A stretch of DNA of 64,000 nt from Catajapyx aquilonaris. Lineage: Eukaryota. A program made the position numbers and the translations under genes. Below, piece after piece: positions 23,301 through 36,800 of this stretch. Within the stretch, counting starts at the first letter, position 1, and each line of letters starts with the position of its first letter. The notes beneath the pieces were generated by a model. It was not told the origin of the DNA. It did no database searches and was given only the letters and a program-made list of their open reading frames with translations. The stretch is taken from positions 1 to 64,000 of the forward strand of contig JYFJ02001814.1 of assembly GCA_000934665.2 (NCBI GenBank), written 5' to 3'.

Positions 23301-26300
23301 ATTGAAGCTGACTTTAATTGAGTTTGCTGTCCCAGAGGATGAGACATTTTGGAGAGATGAGACGACATTTGTTCCCTTTAATGGCGAATATACACTCTAA
23401 ATAATTGGATTCCTCTTAATAAAATGTTACATTTCAGCATAATGCACTACCACAAAAATAATATGGAAAAGATGCAAGCAGATATTTACATTATTTATTA
23501 TTTTTATCATTAATGATTAAATACCTTCAGATGTGAAAATTTGCAGTTTTGAGCCTCTTATTAAATGGGTCCTTTTACAAGTTAATTGACTTACCGAGAG
23601 GAATTGACCTTTTTCGAGGAGGAAATTGCTGCTTTGATTGCTTCTCGTCGCCTTGCTGAAGACTTTTTTGACTGCTGGTGTCTGAAAATAAATTAAGAGC
23701 GTGTTACAAATCGTATTTACGAGAGAAGTACACGTTTTAATGATGCATTGTTGCAAAGCCATCAAGTTTAATATCATTAAAAGGTACTGCATAATTCACC
23801 AGTTTACAGCACAACATGCCAAGTACATTAATTGAGTAGATAGTGCAACTGCCTGTTTTTTAATATAAAAATATGATACCATTTTTTTTGTTTGTACAAA
23901 TCGACCAGAGTTGGTTCCAAGTTTTGCGCTATTAATCTTTGAGGTTATGCGATATGCATGAGCCCTTCTCTAAAAATAAGACGCTCCCTACCGAGAGGCA
24001 TACGATATTGACCCTGTGATAAATGTTGGATGATGTCCTTTGCCGATAGAAAAAAGGAAGGAGAAGACACTAATTGGCATGGAAAATTATTAGACTTTCT
24101 CCTTGGGAAGCACTACGTTACGTAATCTCCGGTTACATGGTTTGTAACGCCAATCCTATCATGAAATCCGCTTCAGTTATCTATACACCCCCGAATCGAA
24201 TCAGTTTAAATCCCCCCTAACATTGCGTCTAAAACTGTTGGTTTTGGGACCCAGGATCTTAATAATATGATTAGATTCTCGGGGGTCTCTATAGAAGGCA
24301 AGTCTTGTTTTCCTTGACGCCATTCGACCGGAATAATTGCCATCCATCCAGAGACGTGGCCCACTTTCGAAGGCATCTGGTGCTTGGGCATCGATGCCAA
24401 ATGAAATTATTATACTAATGTGCGCATATCATTAAAAAAAGTTTCTTCCAAAGCGACACACTGTACTGAGGAAGTTTCTATTATGAAACACCTTGTATAG
24501 GAGTCGAAATGAGCAGTGATGACGCGCTCAGGTCGTACACATCGCGATCTACCGGCGGGACGGCGCACGTGCACATCGCGATCTACCGGCGGGAATGCGC
24601 ATGCGCCACTGAATCTCGCGCCCACGTGCCTCCATCATTCCCATCATGAATTTCAACACATCTCCCGTTGCGGTTTGGAGAGGACTGATCGCCGTCCGAA
24701 TGTGGGACACGAGTCAGCAGGGTGTGATCGCCATCCATAAACAGATCCAGCGGCCTCTACCCATTCATCTATGACTACAAAACGAACGCCCTTTTTTTCT
24801 TCTTCTTCTTTTGGACCCGTCTCTTTGTTGCATCTTAGATCAATGTTGCAATTAGGCCACTTCGATATAGAGAGAGATCCTATAGTTTGGCCTATCACCT
24901 TTTAGCAATCGATTCCTTTAAATCGATGTCACGACCTTCCATTTTTTGCACATCGAAGACTCTCGTTTGCGAGCCATTCTTCCGCAATAATGCACTTGAT
25001 CATGCCGGTGATGTATTCTAATTATTTGAAAGCTATGCAACATTATGCAAACAACAGGAGGAGGGTGAGTATGAAAATTGACTGCGTGAAAGCAAACCCT
25101 ATAACACGGGGCCGTATGTAATTTCATATTCATGAGTCAGAAGCAGGATAATGTGCATGAAAATTGACGTATCGACGATTGACCCTATTTTATCTACAGG
25201 GATATCTCTACATGCAATTATCTGTCGGGGGGGCACCGGTTAAACACCGAAAACCTTGGGTCGTAATTAATTTACGAGGTCTCCATGTTTGACCGGTTAT
25301 TTTTCAATCTAAACCGCACGGGATAATGATATTCCTCATAAACATTAGCAGTATGTAATTAATTGATTTTTGCTTCGGTTCTTTTTTTTATTCAACTGGT
25401 GTGCTTATGTGACGCAACCTTTTGTGAACAGGTGGCTGCAATTGATAATAATGCTTTATATAAAATGCCTTGATCTCTATACGGTTTTAGCTCGTGTTTT
25501 GCTGATATTATAGCTTTGGGCGTTGCCTCGTAACTTGGTTCAGAATTACGTAAAAAAATCGCGAATTTATCCATGCGAATAATCCCACGCTGTACACTCA
25601 AGTGGCACTGGTTGCTACCCTACGCGGATATGAAAGAAGTTGTGTTCATTTTACGGTGTGTGTTTTTTTTCTGCTGAAAGAGCGCGATTCGAGGTTTCCG
25701 CGACTTTTTTTTCTCTCAACGCAACTGTGGTCACCTGAAAACAATGGAGACTTAATGACAAAGCGTGACATTGTCAGTGTTTGCTTAACTGCGAATTAAT
25801 GATGGCATAAAACAGATAACAGGGTTGGTGATGATAATAATAATAAAAAGGGGGTGACGACGACGTCAAGTGTGTTGACGTTGCCATTAGTTCGCTGCCA
25901 TCAACACAAACGAAATTCTTAGAATATGATTGCTTGAATGTTACGCAAAACTATAGTGTTGCCAACATGGATAAGAACTGATTGCGATATGTGTATGAAC
26001 ATCAACTCACAATTTGATAAAATATTCTCATGATCGTGAACATGCTCATAACCATACATGTTGGTATACTGTAATTGGGAAAACCTCGTGAAAAGCGTAC
26101 GGTACACACACGGTAATTATAATGTAAATGTGTACTTGCGCGAAATTAAGCGGAAGTTACATATGTGTAACGTACTGAAAACAGTGTCGACCACTGCATA
26201 ACACTGACAAAATGTATTACTGAAATATTGCGGTTTGATATGTGAGGACCCAATATTCAGCATAATACGTGAGGCACGTGTAAATAAGTAGCCTATACAC

Positions 26301-27529
26301 TAGCCAGACTTGCATATAGAAAAATAATCAAATATCATCAATATAATTATTCTAATGACAGCTTGAGGGAAATTATTACAATAACTCGCTTATTCGCTAA
26401 TATTGAAAAATCCTTTCAGCGTTTTAAATTAAATATATGGATATTATTTTGATGATATGACATTCCTGTAGTTCAGCTCATTAGTAAGGCAAGAAGAATC
26501 GAGAATATTGGGTCGAAATTGATTGCATAGTATTACTGCACCATTATTGACAGCCCTACAGTGCATTAAACGTCCTTTTTCAGTGCAAGGAAACTTGCAT
26601 AACTTGCATTCATATTAGTGAAGTAGGCTACATGTGGGTCTATCAAATATGCAGCTAGATAATGCACTTGCATGGCCCTACTTTATCTACCTCTTAAAAT
26701 GCGCTTGATGTACTCTGGAGCCACATAAAGTTTGGAGTAAGCCCAGTAATTTTAATCACTCACAAGTCCATCCCCCTGGAATGAGCAATAAAGTGAATTC
26801 CTCGTAAGTTTCTTGCACTATACGTATGTTGAAGCCGTTCAAAATGACTCATCGTTCACAGCACCAGCAAATCAGTCTGAACCACTGAATCTGCAACATG
26901 GCCTAACAAAAAAAGGCCTTCCCGAAATCGTTTGCCTTACCCAAAAAAAAAAAGCTGTGCAAAGTGTACTTACGTGCAGGCAGCAGCTTCTGAGCGCTCA
27001 TGATTCAACGTGGACGTGTTGTATCCGCCGCAAAGAGGGCTTTTCCAGCAGGAAATATCTTCCTGCCAAACCGCAGCTCTCTGTTCAACAAGAATGGAAA
27101 AGAAAAAAAAGAAAAATGAGAACTTCCTGGAGTAGATGGAGTTGCCTTTCAGGCTCGCTTTTTTTTTCTTCTTCCTATAGCGAATTGTTCGAGCGGTGTG
27201 CAACAAAAGTGTAGAGCTGAGAGAAGAATAGGTCTAACTCTTGCTGGCTGAAGGTGTGTATAGAAGGAAAAGGTGGGGTCCCCGCAATTTCTCCTGGAGG
27301 AATTTTATTCGCGGGCTATGTGACGCAATGGGACGTGCAGATTAGTTCCAGGGTCGAGCCCTTCACCGTCAGTACGAGGTTTCAGCCCCCATTGTTTTTG
27401 GAGCTTCCAGAGTAATAGGAAGTTGTAATGAAGAAGAAAGAAAAAATACAACACCATAATGTGCTGGTTATTGCCTATTAAATCTTGGGACAGAATGGAA
27501 TTAAAAATATTTTATTATTACAACCGCTG

Positions 27530-28838
27530 TGGTATTGCGCGCTAATTTTTTACACTAAATAATTTGAAGGATAAGCCAGAGTTAACTTGAAAATGGTGCA
27601 ACTTTAGAGAACAGCCTCTTATACCGTGGATAGGTTACTGTACAGTACACTGCAAACAGGGTATTGTTCACTATCAAAATAAAAGTAGCGCGTGCCAATC
27701 GCCAGACCGGAATAGATTATATCACTATGGATTCACTGCACCGAGCGTATCCCTGGCACGTTTTGCAATTCTGAAACCAATACTGCTCACTTTTTGCAAG
27801 AATAAATCACGATTTTTTTTGTAATAAGTTATTCAAACAATACGTGACAATGTCAAAGTTTCGGTAGCAATTTTTTTTAAATTAAATCGGGCTGCTTATC
27901 GTGCATAAAACACAACATGGGACGTCTTAATCTGTATTAACACGACGAACTTAATAAATATTGTGCAAATACCGGGTGTGTCCAAAAACCTCTGAGTCAC
28001 AGCCTTGCGGAATAAACGTGGCAACAAACACTCCGAGTTTTACGAGCAAAATTGTCCTTCCCTGAGTCACACTGCAGCACTGACGTAAACCAAAACAATA
28101 TTGTGTCACGTGAAATATTTTTGTGCACACGAACATGCAAACTAAGCACACAATTGAACCTGACGCACACACAAACGTATAGAGAATAACAACAACATAT
28201 GACCCTGACCTTGTCCACAGAAGAGATCCAGAAGTACCTTATTACTGACAATGTGGAGAGAGAAAAAAAGGGGCTTGCACTATTAGGGTGATAGATGTTT
28301 CCTCTATAGACTTAGAACCGGGTCCTAATCAGTCAAGTGAACGCGTGCGACTGGTGCCGATCGAAGCTGGGCCCTTCCTTTTTCCGTACTTTCCCCACAT
28401 GGTCTTTCATTCGCGGAAATTTCTGCGCAGTCGATTGTTACCGGGTTGAGAATAACAATGATGACTCATATGGTTGCGCATACTCGCAGTGCGAAAGGTA
28501 TGTAACAAAACATCGCGATGCACATTATGATACGGAATGATAATAACTTTATCGCATATCGCGTACTGCATGGTAACACCCGCGTCATTTCCGGTTTGTC
28601 GATATATTTTTAGACATACGTGATGCAAATTATTTAAGCAAGTTATGGAACGTGCTCATGCATTGAAGTTATGTTTTGTTGCCATTTGGGCAAACATTAC
28701 AAACGTACGTGGAGAGAAAAAAAATCGTATGCTTAATTTTTTACACACACTTCAGATACTTTTAGGATAATTTCGCACAATATTTTCTGCTGGCTTATCC
28801 TTCAAATTATTTGTGGAATAATTAGCACCAATAACACC
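27530..28838. repeat. Pair of inverted repeats ~1.25 kb apart
   Basis: AAATAATTTGAAGGATAAGCCAG (27557-27579) has its exact reverse complement at 28790-28812, with imperfect extension outward. Confidence 0.6.
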
Positions 28839-31457
28839 CCCTTTAAAATGCCGATTGCAATCATAAAATAGTTCATTCATTTCTGTGAAAATTAACCAGC
28901 AGATTCAAGGGCAGTTAAGAAATTAATTATGGCATGCCAAACTGGTCGTTGACACAAACTTTTCAATAGAGACAACAACCGAAGTTTATAATGACGAGCA
29001 TTTAAAATTTTGGTGTCCAATCTTTGCTCTGTGATGAGATTTTGCGACGTGTGGGAATGAATTTCGCTAAATTCCCGAGGTTCGCTTCCGTCCGAATGAC
29101 AAACAGAATGTTAATTTGCAACCAGGCACACGTTCAATATTGATGAAGCTGCACTTTCAGCAAAGTCTATCTCTCTCTCTCTCTCATGGACCGAGGGAAA
29201 TGTTCTGAATTAGTTTCGGATCAGTTGTGCTGTGTTTCCCATCTCCCGTCCTCTGCAAATTCGTCATTTATTTCGTGTCCTGAAGCATTTTCGACCAGGC
29301 GAGAATGTATCGATTGCGGATGTTTTTTTCCTCATTGCAATATGAAACTCCAGTGCTGGTGGGTTTGGTGGTTACGCCACTGGCCAGCGGGGATCATTAG
29401 TCAGAGTCCGAATGACAGTTGTCGCCTATATCTTTTGCACCACCCTATAAATATGACTTGCTTCGTTTTACCCTACACAGTGTATTAAAAACTCCCGAAT
29501 TTAGCAGTGAAATGATAAGATAAGAGTGATGCTGTTTGCCCCCTTTAGGGTAGTGTACCCGGGCATTTAACCAAAGAGATAATATTATCCGGAGTGGGGT
29601 GGCTGGGGCATCCAGCAATGCTTGTGTGTAGCTCTCCCTCTTTTCATCTTGATCTCCAACGAAGGCGGACGTGCCAGGTCGACAGAAGACTGCGCAATGA
29701 TACGAGTACAGGTACGTGCACACCATTTAGATGGGGGTTACTTGCTTAGGCTACAAAACCACAGGTTCATTTAGCCACGAAATAGTCGGAAGTTATATAG
29801 ACAGACACTTATTAATTTTTTTTAGTGCAAAGCAATATTTTAACAGAAAAACCACTAGAAAATTGCGATTAAATTGCCAAATTTGCTTTGACCTTGTGTT
29901 GCCCCTGAGGCACTAAGTACGCCATTTTACTCCAAAGACCAGACTCGACATGTAATGGCAGTTGGTAAATTTTGCATTGTTACCTGGCGTTAGCTACATG
30001 TTGGTTCAGATTTTGATCAGCTGAATAATTGTTGGCCATTTAGACAATCAGTCCTATATTGCCCTATTTTACAAAAAATTTAATTCCATTCAAAATGCCT
30101 GTTTGCAAATAGCAATATTTCATATTTAATGCAATAGTGTTCGTTTCTTGGGTCCATTCAAATTTTGAACACCAGGAATTGTAATGGTACCTTTTTATAG
30201 CACTAATTGTCTGTTTGGGGACATTAAAGTTGAATCGATTGTTGGCTGATGGACTGAGTTGAACATAGGACAGTTGTGCTGTCTTCTGCAGACATTCATA
30301 ATTAGGATAATTTTTGATATAATTATTGTATCAAAATTTGTACTTGAATAATTGTGGTTTGACATTCATTATTTTACAAAATTCTTTCTTTTATGCAGGT
30401 GCAGCCTTGAGATTATGGTCTGACACGTCTACATTACCATGCTGCTGCCGCCTTCACAGCATCACCAGCATCCTCTACAATGACTACATGATCATTGGTC
30501 TTTCATCGCAGCGCATCCAGCATCTCGATGGTCTTCGGACACAACCATTATTATCTGGTGAGCATTCCTCTTGATTGTCTTGCACTGCATAAGCCATGGT
30601 GACATTAAACATGGCAGCTGAATCTGAACTTGAGGGAGGGCAACAAGGGATGGGTTTCAAAAATTATTCTCGACTGTTCATAAAATGGAGCACTGAAGTC
30701 ACAAGCCTTGGGCTCTGTTGACATTGTTGGAGTCATGCTGCGTATGTATAACGTCAGCACTCAGCAGTAATAGTGGCCTGCTTCTGTTGGGCAATTATCC
30801 CATCATTGGTTATCCAATATTTGAGACCCAGTCCAAGGGCATAAGTGATGATGGTTTCTAGACATTCAATGTGAATTGCTGCGGTGGTTCCCAATGATTA
30901 ATTGTGCATTAAAACGAATGGAAGCGTAGTTATCAACAGGTGCTTAAAATTGAAATGGGATATTCAGTTTGAGGGTTTTTCTCTCGTCAAAAGCATGTGC
31001 CTTGAACAGTCATCTATTTTGACATTTGACAATCAAAAGTTAATTCTTCTTACGCTTTGACAAGGCACCTATAATTTGTACAGGTGTGTATACCACCCCT
31101 GAAAAATGTCCTGGCAGTGCTCATTTGTAAAAAAAAAAGTTGCACTGGAAATGTAAATCTGGCAGATGGACACTATGAGTTAGTAGCCTTCTCACAAAAG
31201 TGGTGGTGCTTGTTACTTGTGTATTCATTGCAAAGCATACTTATTTAGACACTTGATTGAACATGTGAGGAAATGGTTAGGTACTCGTCAAGTTAACAAG
31301 CATTGTGACATTTATTATGGTTATGTTTTACTCCAAGGGTTAATTTCGCTATGAATATGCACGTACTGTGCATTTGTCTTTCAGTTAAGTCTTCCCTCCA
31401 ATGACATTTTTCTCGTAACTACACTATAATCTGCTTATCATTTAGAAGTGTCTTTTT

Positions 31458-32013
31458 AGTGGCTGTTTAAATCGCTTCCCAATATACTGTAATCAGAGAA
31501 CCACTGTACTTGCCCAATGCCACTGAAGCTCACCTTAGCATGAAAATCACCTGCATATCCATCTGACAAATATGAATTAGTAGAAAATGAATCATGTTTT
31601 AATAACACCTTGTGGCTCCAACATCTCTTCCATAATATGCCTCATTAGAATAATTATAAGTTGTATGATTATAACATTTGTTATTAGAATTAAAGTATAG
31701 ATAGGATACTAGGTAACATTATAATACAAGTGGTATGATATAGCATTTATTAGAATTAAGTATAGATAGTAGACTATAAGTGGTATAATACATTGTAACA
31801 TTTGTTATAATGTAATTTATATTCTAATGCGGCATATGGGAGAGACGTTGCGTTGGGGTCTACAAGTGTGTTATTAAAACATGATTCATTTTTTTACTAA
31901 TTCATATTTGTGACAGACATGCAGGTGATTTTCGGATAGGTGAACTTGACTGGCATTGGGCAAGTTATACAGTGGTGCCCTGTATAATATTGGGAAGAGA
32001 CAGAATAGCCACT
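31458..32013. mobile_element. Foldback/MITE-like element with ~210-bp inverted arms and an AT-rich internal tandem repeat
   Basis: 31458-31670 aligns to the reverse complement of 31803-32013 (e.g. ACAAATATGAATTAGTA.AAAATGAATCATGTTTTAATAACAC; ACTTGCCCAATGCCA; GAAAATCACCTGCAT). Confidence 0.75.
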
Positions 32014-33339
32014 CAAGTGCTCATTTGTAAAAAAAAAATGTGCCTTGAAAACATTAAAATAATCTGACAGATGGAAACCATGAGTTTGAGTATCATTTTA
32101 CATAATTTTAGACTTTTTCTAATTGCTTATGTATACTGTCATATGTTGATCAATTGACTACTCCTGCATCACTGACCACCATGGTTTTTGATAATGTGCA
32201 TCTGTTTATGCATGCTGCATTACCCTCGAAGTGCCAAAAGTCAATGGGATAGGTATCCTCTAGCCCTGTGAATTGCAGCGACTCTTACGTGGCATTGATT
32301 CCATATAAGTTGAGCCATGCGCCATCTGGATAGCGACCTGGATTCAGTCTGGTCACATCATTCTTCAGAATGCTTCTTGAACCAATTCTGGACCTGCTGA
32401 TGAAACTCTGCATTAGCCTGCTGGAATTTTCCATCGTCTTAAAGCAATGCCATGAGCTGTGTTCCGGCACCCTGCCTCTGACACGACAAAACCTGGGCAT
32501 ACACGCCAGGGTGGTGTGTGACTTAAAAGGCTTCATGTTTCTATCGCATGACTTTTGGCACTTGAGTGTATATTGGGTCTTGCATTTAGTGTTAACTGCA
32601 CCTGATTTGATTTACATTCTTGCATTTCTGCTGCTTGCAGGTTTCTTTTGCCCAGAGGAAGAGCAGCAGTGATTTCCAGGACTGTTACCAAAGGATGATG
32701 CCCATGACGAGATGTTGCTGTAGGTGAGTATCAAGGTCTCAATGCAGTTGCGTGGTTTTGAATGTATGTTGGCTCCTGTGCAATGTTGGCTAGTGAGAGA
32801 ATTACCTGACTGAAATAAAATGACTATTCTGAATGTATCTGCTTTCTATTGGGAAACCTTTTTGTGCTGCGCTCCAAGTCTGCAGGTGAAATTGCTCAAT
32901 GCCTTTACACCATTATCAGCTGTGGCATTGATCTCGATGAAATGGACGAGATCATGTCAATTAAGCGCTTTTGGGTGTTTTATGTGGCTGGGAAATATCA
33001 ATGTCAGGGTGCTAAAATTGGCTTAATTTCTGTGCACAGGAAGCACAATAAGTTCAATTTCCATGTAATTGCATTGACCCTTTTCTATTATGTTTTCGAA
33101 TTTAATTTTTGTTCTCTTTTCAGGTAAAGTAATATGCAGCCTGCTCTGAGATGGTGCCATCCTGGAAGCCAGTCCTGACTGATCATTTTGCTTGTGTTCT
33201 TATCTTTCCAGTAATTTGCAGCCCAGATGGTTCCAGTCATCAGCAGCATCCTTTCCCACCTTCCCCCTACAAATCTTCCCCTTTTTGGCATCACGCGCTA
33301 ATAATAATTGGCACATGTTGAAAGGAGGATGATTGACCA

Positions 33340-33816
33340 CCTGCATTCAGGCTTCCCCCCTTCGACGTCATGTGCCACGTGCATGACGTCGAAGGGGGGA
33401 AAACTTGCAGGCTGAAAAATCGTAGTTTTAGTCGTCGAAAAAAAGGCCGGGGTCGTCCGGGCGTAATTTCGGGCGGCCCCGGCCGCCCTGCATTCGCAAA
33501 GTCCGCTGGCGCGGAGCCTATCTTGTTAACTCCTCCCTTTTTAACTTTTTTCAGAGTCCAGTGAGAGAGTGTCATTCGTTCACTCCAGTGCCTTGGGTCC
33601 CTCCCACCTCTGCCTGCTGTTGGTTGGGGTGAGGATTCGATGGACGGGGGTGCATGTGGGACAATGTAAGTTACGTTGCCCTCTCCTTCTCCTATCCCCC
33701 CAGGGTTTGCCCTGGGAGGATAGGGCAAGGAGAGGGCAACGTAGCTTACATTGCCCATGGGCCCCCATCCATCAAAGCCTCTCCCCCACCCATCAGCAGG
33801 TGGAGGGGGGAGAGAC
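33340..33816. repeat. Cluster of three GC-rich hairpins
   Basis: A perfect 20-bp stem at 33353-33372/33382-33401, a GC stem at ~33446-33484, and a ~220-nt palindrome at ~33598-33816 centred on CAGGG-TTTG-CCCTG. Confidence 0.8.
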
Positions 33817-36800
33817 ATTGCTGCACTGTTTCTTTATTTCTTACAGCCAATATACACTGTACAAAAGTAGCAATAAAGATATGTCCACAATAACAGTTGT
33901 TTTGACTGCTTCTATTTTCCAGGCTGTTCAAAAGAACAGTTATGCATCAGGCTGCTTGATCCTTTCCAGGTGCAATAAAGATGTCCAATAATAGATGCTC
34001 TTCTGATTGCTGCTCCCATCTTGTTCAAAATGGCAGTTATGCTTCAGGCTGGCGAACAATCTAGAAAAATGAACAAGACATAGAATATTTCAGGATGAAT
34101 GAGATCGATCGATCACCACAAGGCTGTTGAACCATTGTCTCAGAAATGTTATTAGCAGACTACAAATTCTTTTAAGATCTCAATAATTGCCAAAATAATT
34201 TCATCATCACTTCTGCAGAAGAGTCAAAGAACCCTTCCTTTCACTGAGCTCAGTAGAATTTATAATGTACTGAGCTCGGTTAAACCGGCCCTTAATTGGC
34301 GAATTTAATTTGCTGGTGAAATGAACAGACTCAAATGGTGAATTAAAAGCAATGGATCCAGATATGACTGCTATTGAATTAATCTGCAAATTTTTCCCCG
34401 CTACATTTTGGCCCAAGGCGTACGCTGCGTCATACTGATAAGAAACACCCTGGATACTAATTTGATCGTTTGCAAACTGATATTTTGATGCCAAAATGGC
34501 ACTGCATGTGATAGTAGCTCCCTGTCTTAGTATCCCATAAATTCTTGAAATCTCCCCAGAATAATGTAGGCCTATTCAGCCATAGAATACAATAGTACTG
34601 GCATCACACTAGGAAACTATTAATACAACTGACAACATCAGTGCCCCTAGCAATTAAAGTCTTGTGACGAAATAAGCACAAGCTTTCAAAATTAACTGGT
34701 ATAGATTTTTTTCTCCCATAATATATTACTGGAAAGTAACATAATTTTTGGGCACAAAGTGGCATAATAACTTTTTAAAATGATGTGTACTTTACTTCCA
34801 ACCCATAGATAATACAAATTGCATCAGAAAAATCATTGCAACAAAAAATGCACCATTAACAGACGTGATTAACCAATACCACTTCGAATTAAATATTTTA
34901 GATGAAATGTATGGAATGGAAATGAAGGCAATTAGGAAGATTTGGCAGGAAAACAATTAGGACTGGAGAATATGGTAAATGAATACAAAATAATTAATCC
35001 ATTTTAAAATGAGTGCAATGATGCCAATCTCTGGTTAGGGAATTTTGGAATTACTTTGATCACTACTCCTTCTAAAAGCTATTGTTCTTCTCACTGACCA
35101 AGCACTAGCTTCCAATATCCATGGGCTTCCATATTCATTGCCTAATGTATGGACAGCTTCAGCGCTTCAACACATGAGGTGTACAATAATAATTGTAATA
35201 ATGCTTACCATGCCCATGTCTGGTGTGCCAGGATAGCAGATGGCACATGAAAGGTTGAGGCCTCGGATGATGACAGCACCTCGCATTGCTTGATTCCAGA
35301 AGTTGATTTGGATGAGGCCAAAGTGGTTTGGCAGAATCTGGCAGGTGATGTTGTGAACCAGTCAGATGCATCATCATTCTGCAAGGTGTAATGAGTACAG
35401 GTCATTGTGGCAATTTCATATGTGCTTAGCCATGCAGTGACTTTTGCACAGTAACATATGTAATAGTTGTTATCGAAAGAATTAGCTAGGCTACTAGGTT
35501 GCATTGCCACACAATCAAGTGCTTTGTCTTAGAACTTTTTAATGCCATTAGCAGACTACAAATTCCACCGAGATATGTTTGATGCCTGCAAATAACCCAG
35601 AACCTTCACATAAATGAGACTGGATGAACATCTGCAAGATGAACATCTTTGTCACCAATCATAATATTGTGGGCAGTCTACTGTACTTGAAATCCTGCAA
35701 TTAAGTTATCATCACTTGATACAATCAAGGTCACAGCTATTGCCAAACACACACTTTCAACCCAATCAGTTCAGCAGATATATGTGCCAAAGAACCTTTC
35801 ATTTGACTTAATTGGCAAATTAATTCACTCTGGCGAACTGAAAACAATGTATACGTATAAGACAAATAGGAAGACAATGGCGAATGAAAACCAATAATGG
35901 ATCCAGTTACGACTTGTATTGGATTAATAATTTGCCAATTAGGTCCAATGGGCTTAAAGTGCTGAAGAACTGAAAAGACATATCGAATGTGTCAACCAAA
36001 TATATTCATTTAAATAATTACTTTTATTGCCTTCAACACTGCACACCATTATAAGTTGCCACTATTCACATCTGTGAATAATAACTCAAATTTCTGCTGC
36101 AGTATGACTTGTCATACATTAACAACTGGGATCATTCAAGCTCAGTTACATGATCACTTATGTAGTGGCGCATTGCAGTATAGAAACGTGATCGCTTGCA
36201 AACAATCCCAAGCCTCATCTTCTAAGGACTTAAATGTCTTGTTCCCTTCTATCAATCTATCATAAACTATAGCTGTTGATATTCCAAACCTAATGCAGGA
36301 AATTAGTTGTTCAACCTTAATTCTCTCGATCACCTCAGGTTTTTTTTCTTAAACATCCTCCATCCAACACCTAACCTTAACCTAGAGACGACCAGGTAAT
36401 GGTCGGAACCAACATCTACACCTCTAACCACCTTAGTATCAACTATACCTTTGACCTCGACCTATATTATCTATCACTACAAAGTCAATCAAGGACTTCT
36501 GACCTAATGACCTATTGTCCCAAGTATGCTGATGAATCCGTTTGTATGGAAACACAGTATTAGACACATAAAGGCCCGTCTCTACACATCAATCCAATAA
36601 TCTCACACCGTTTCCATTAACCCTAACATCCCCATAACGACCCAACACTCCCTCATCATTATACCCTCACATTGTTGGTTTGGCAGAATCAGACAGGTGA
36701 TGTCCAGCAGAGACCGATCAGTCAGATGCATCATCTGCAAAGTGTAATGAATGAGCAGATGTAATGAGAGTAATACTACCAACTCTCATTGACTCTTTGT

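Noticed and set aside
33291..33991. ORFs of 175 aa and 140 aa
   Set aside because: They are by-products of the GC-rich palindrome; similar peptides appear on both strands.
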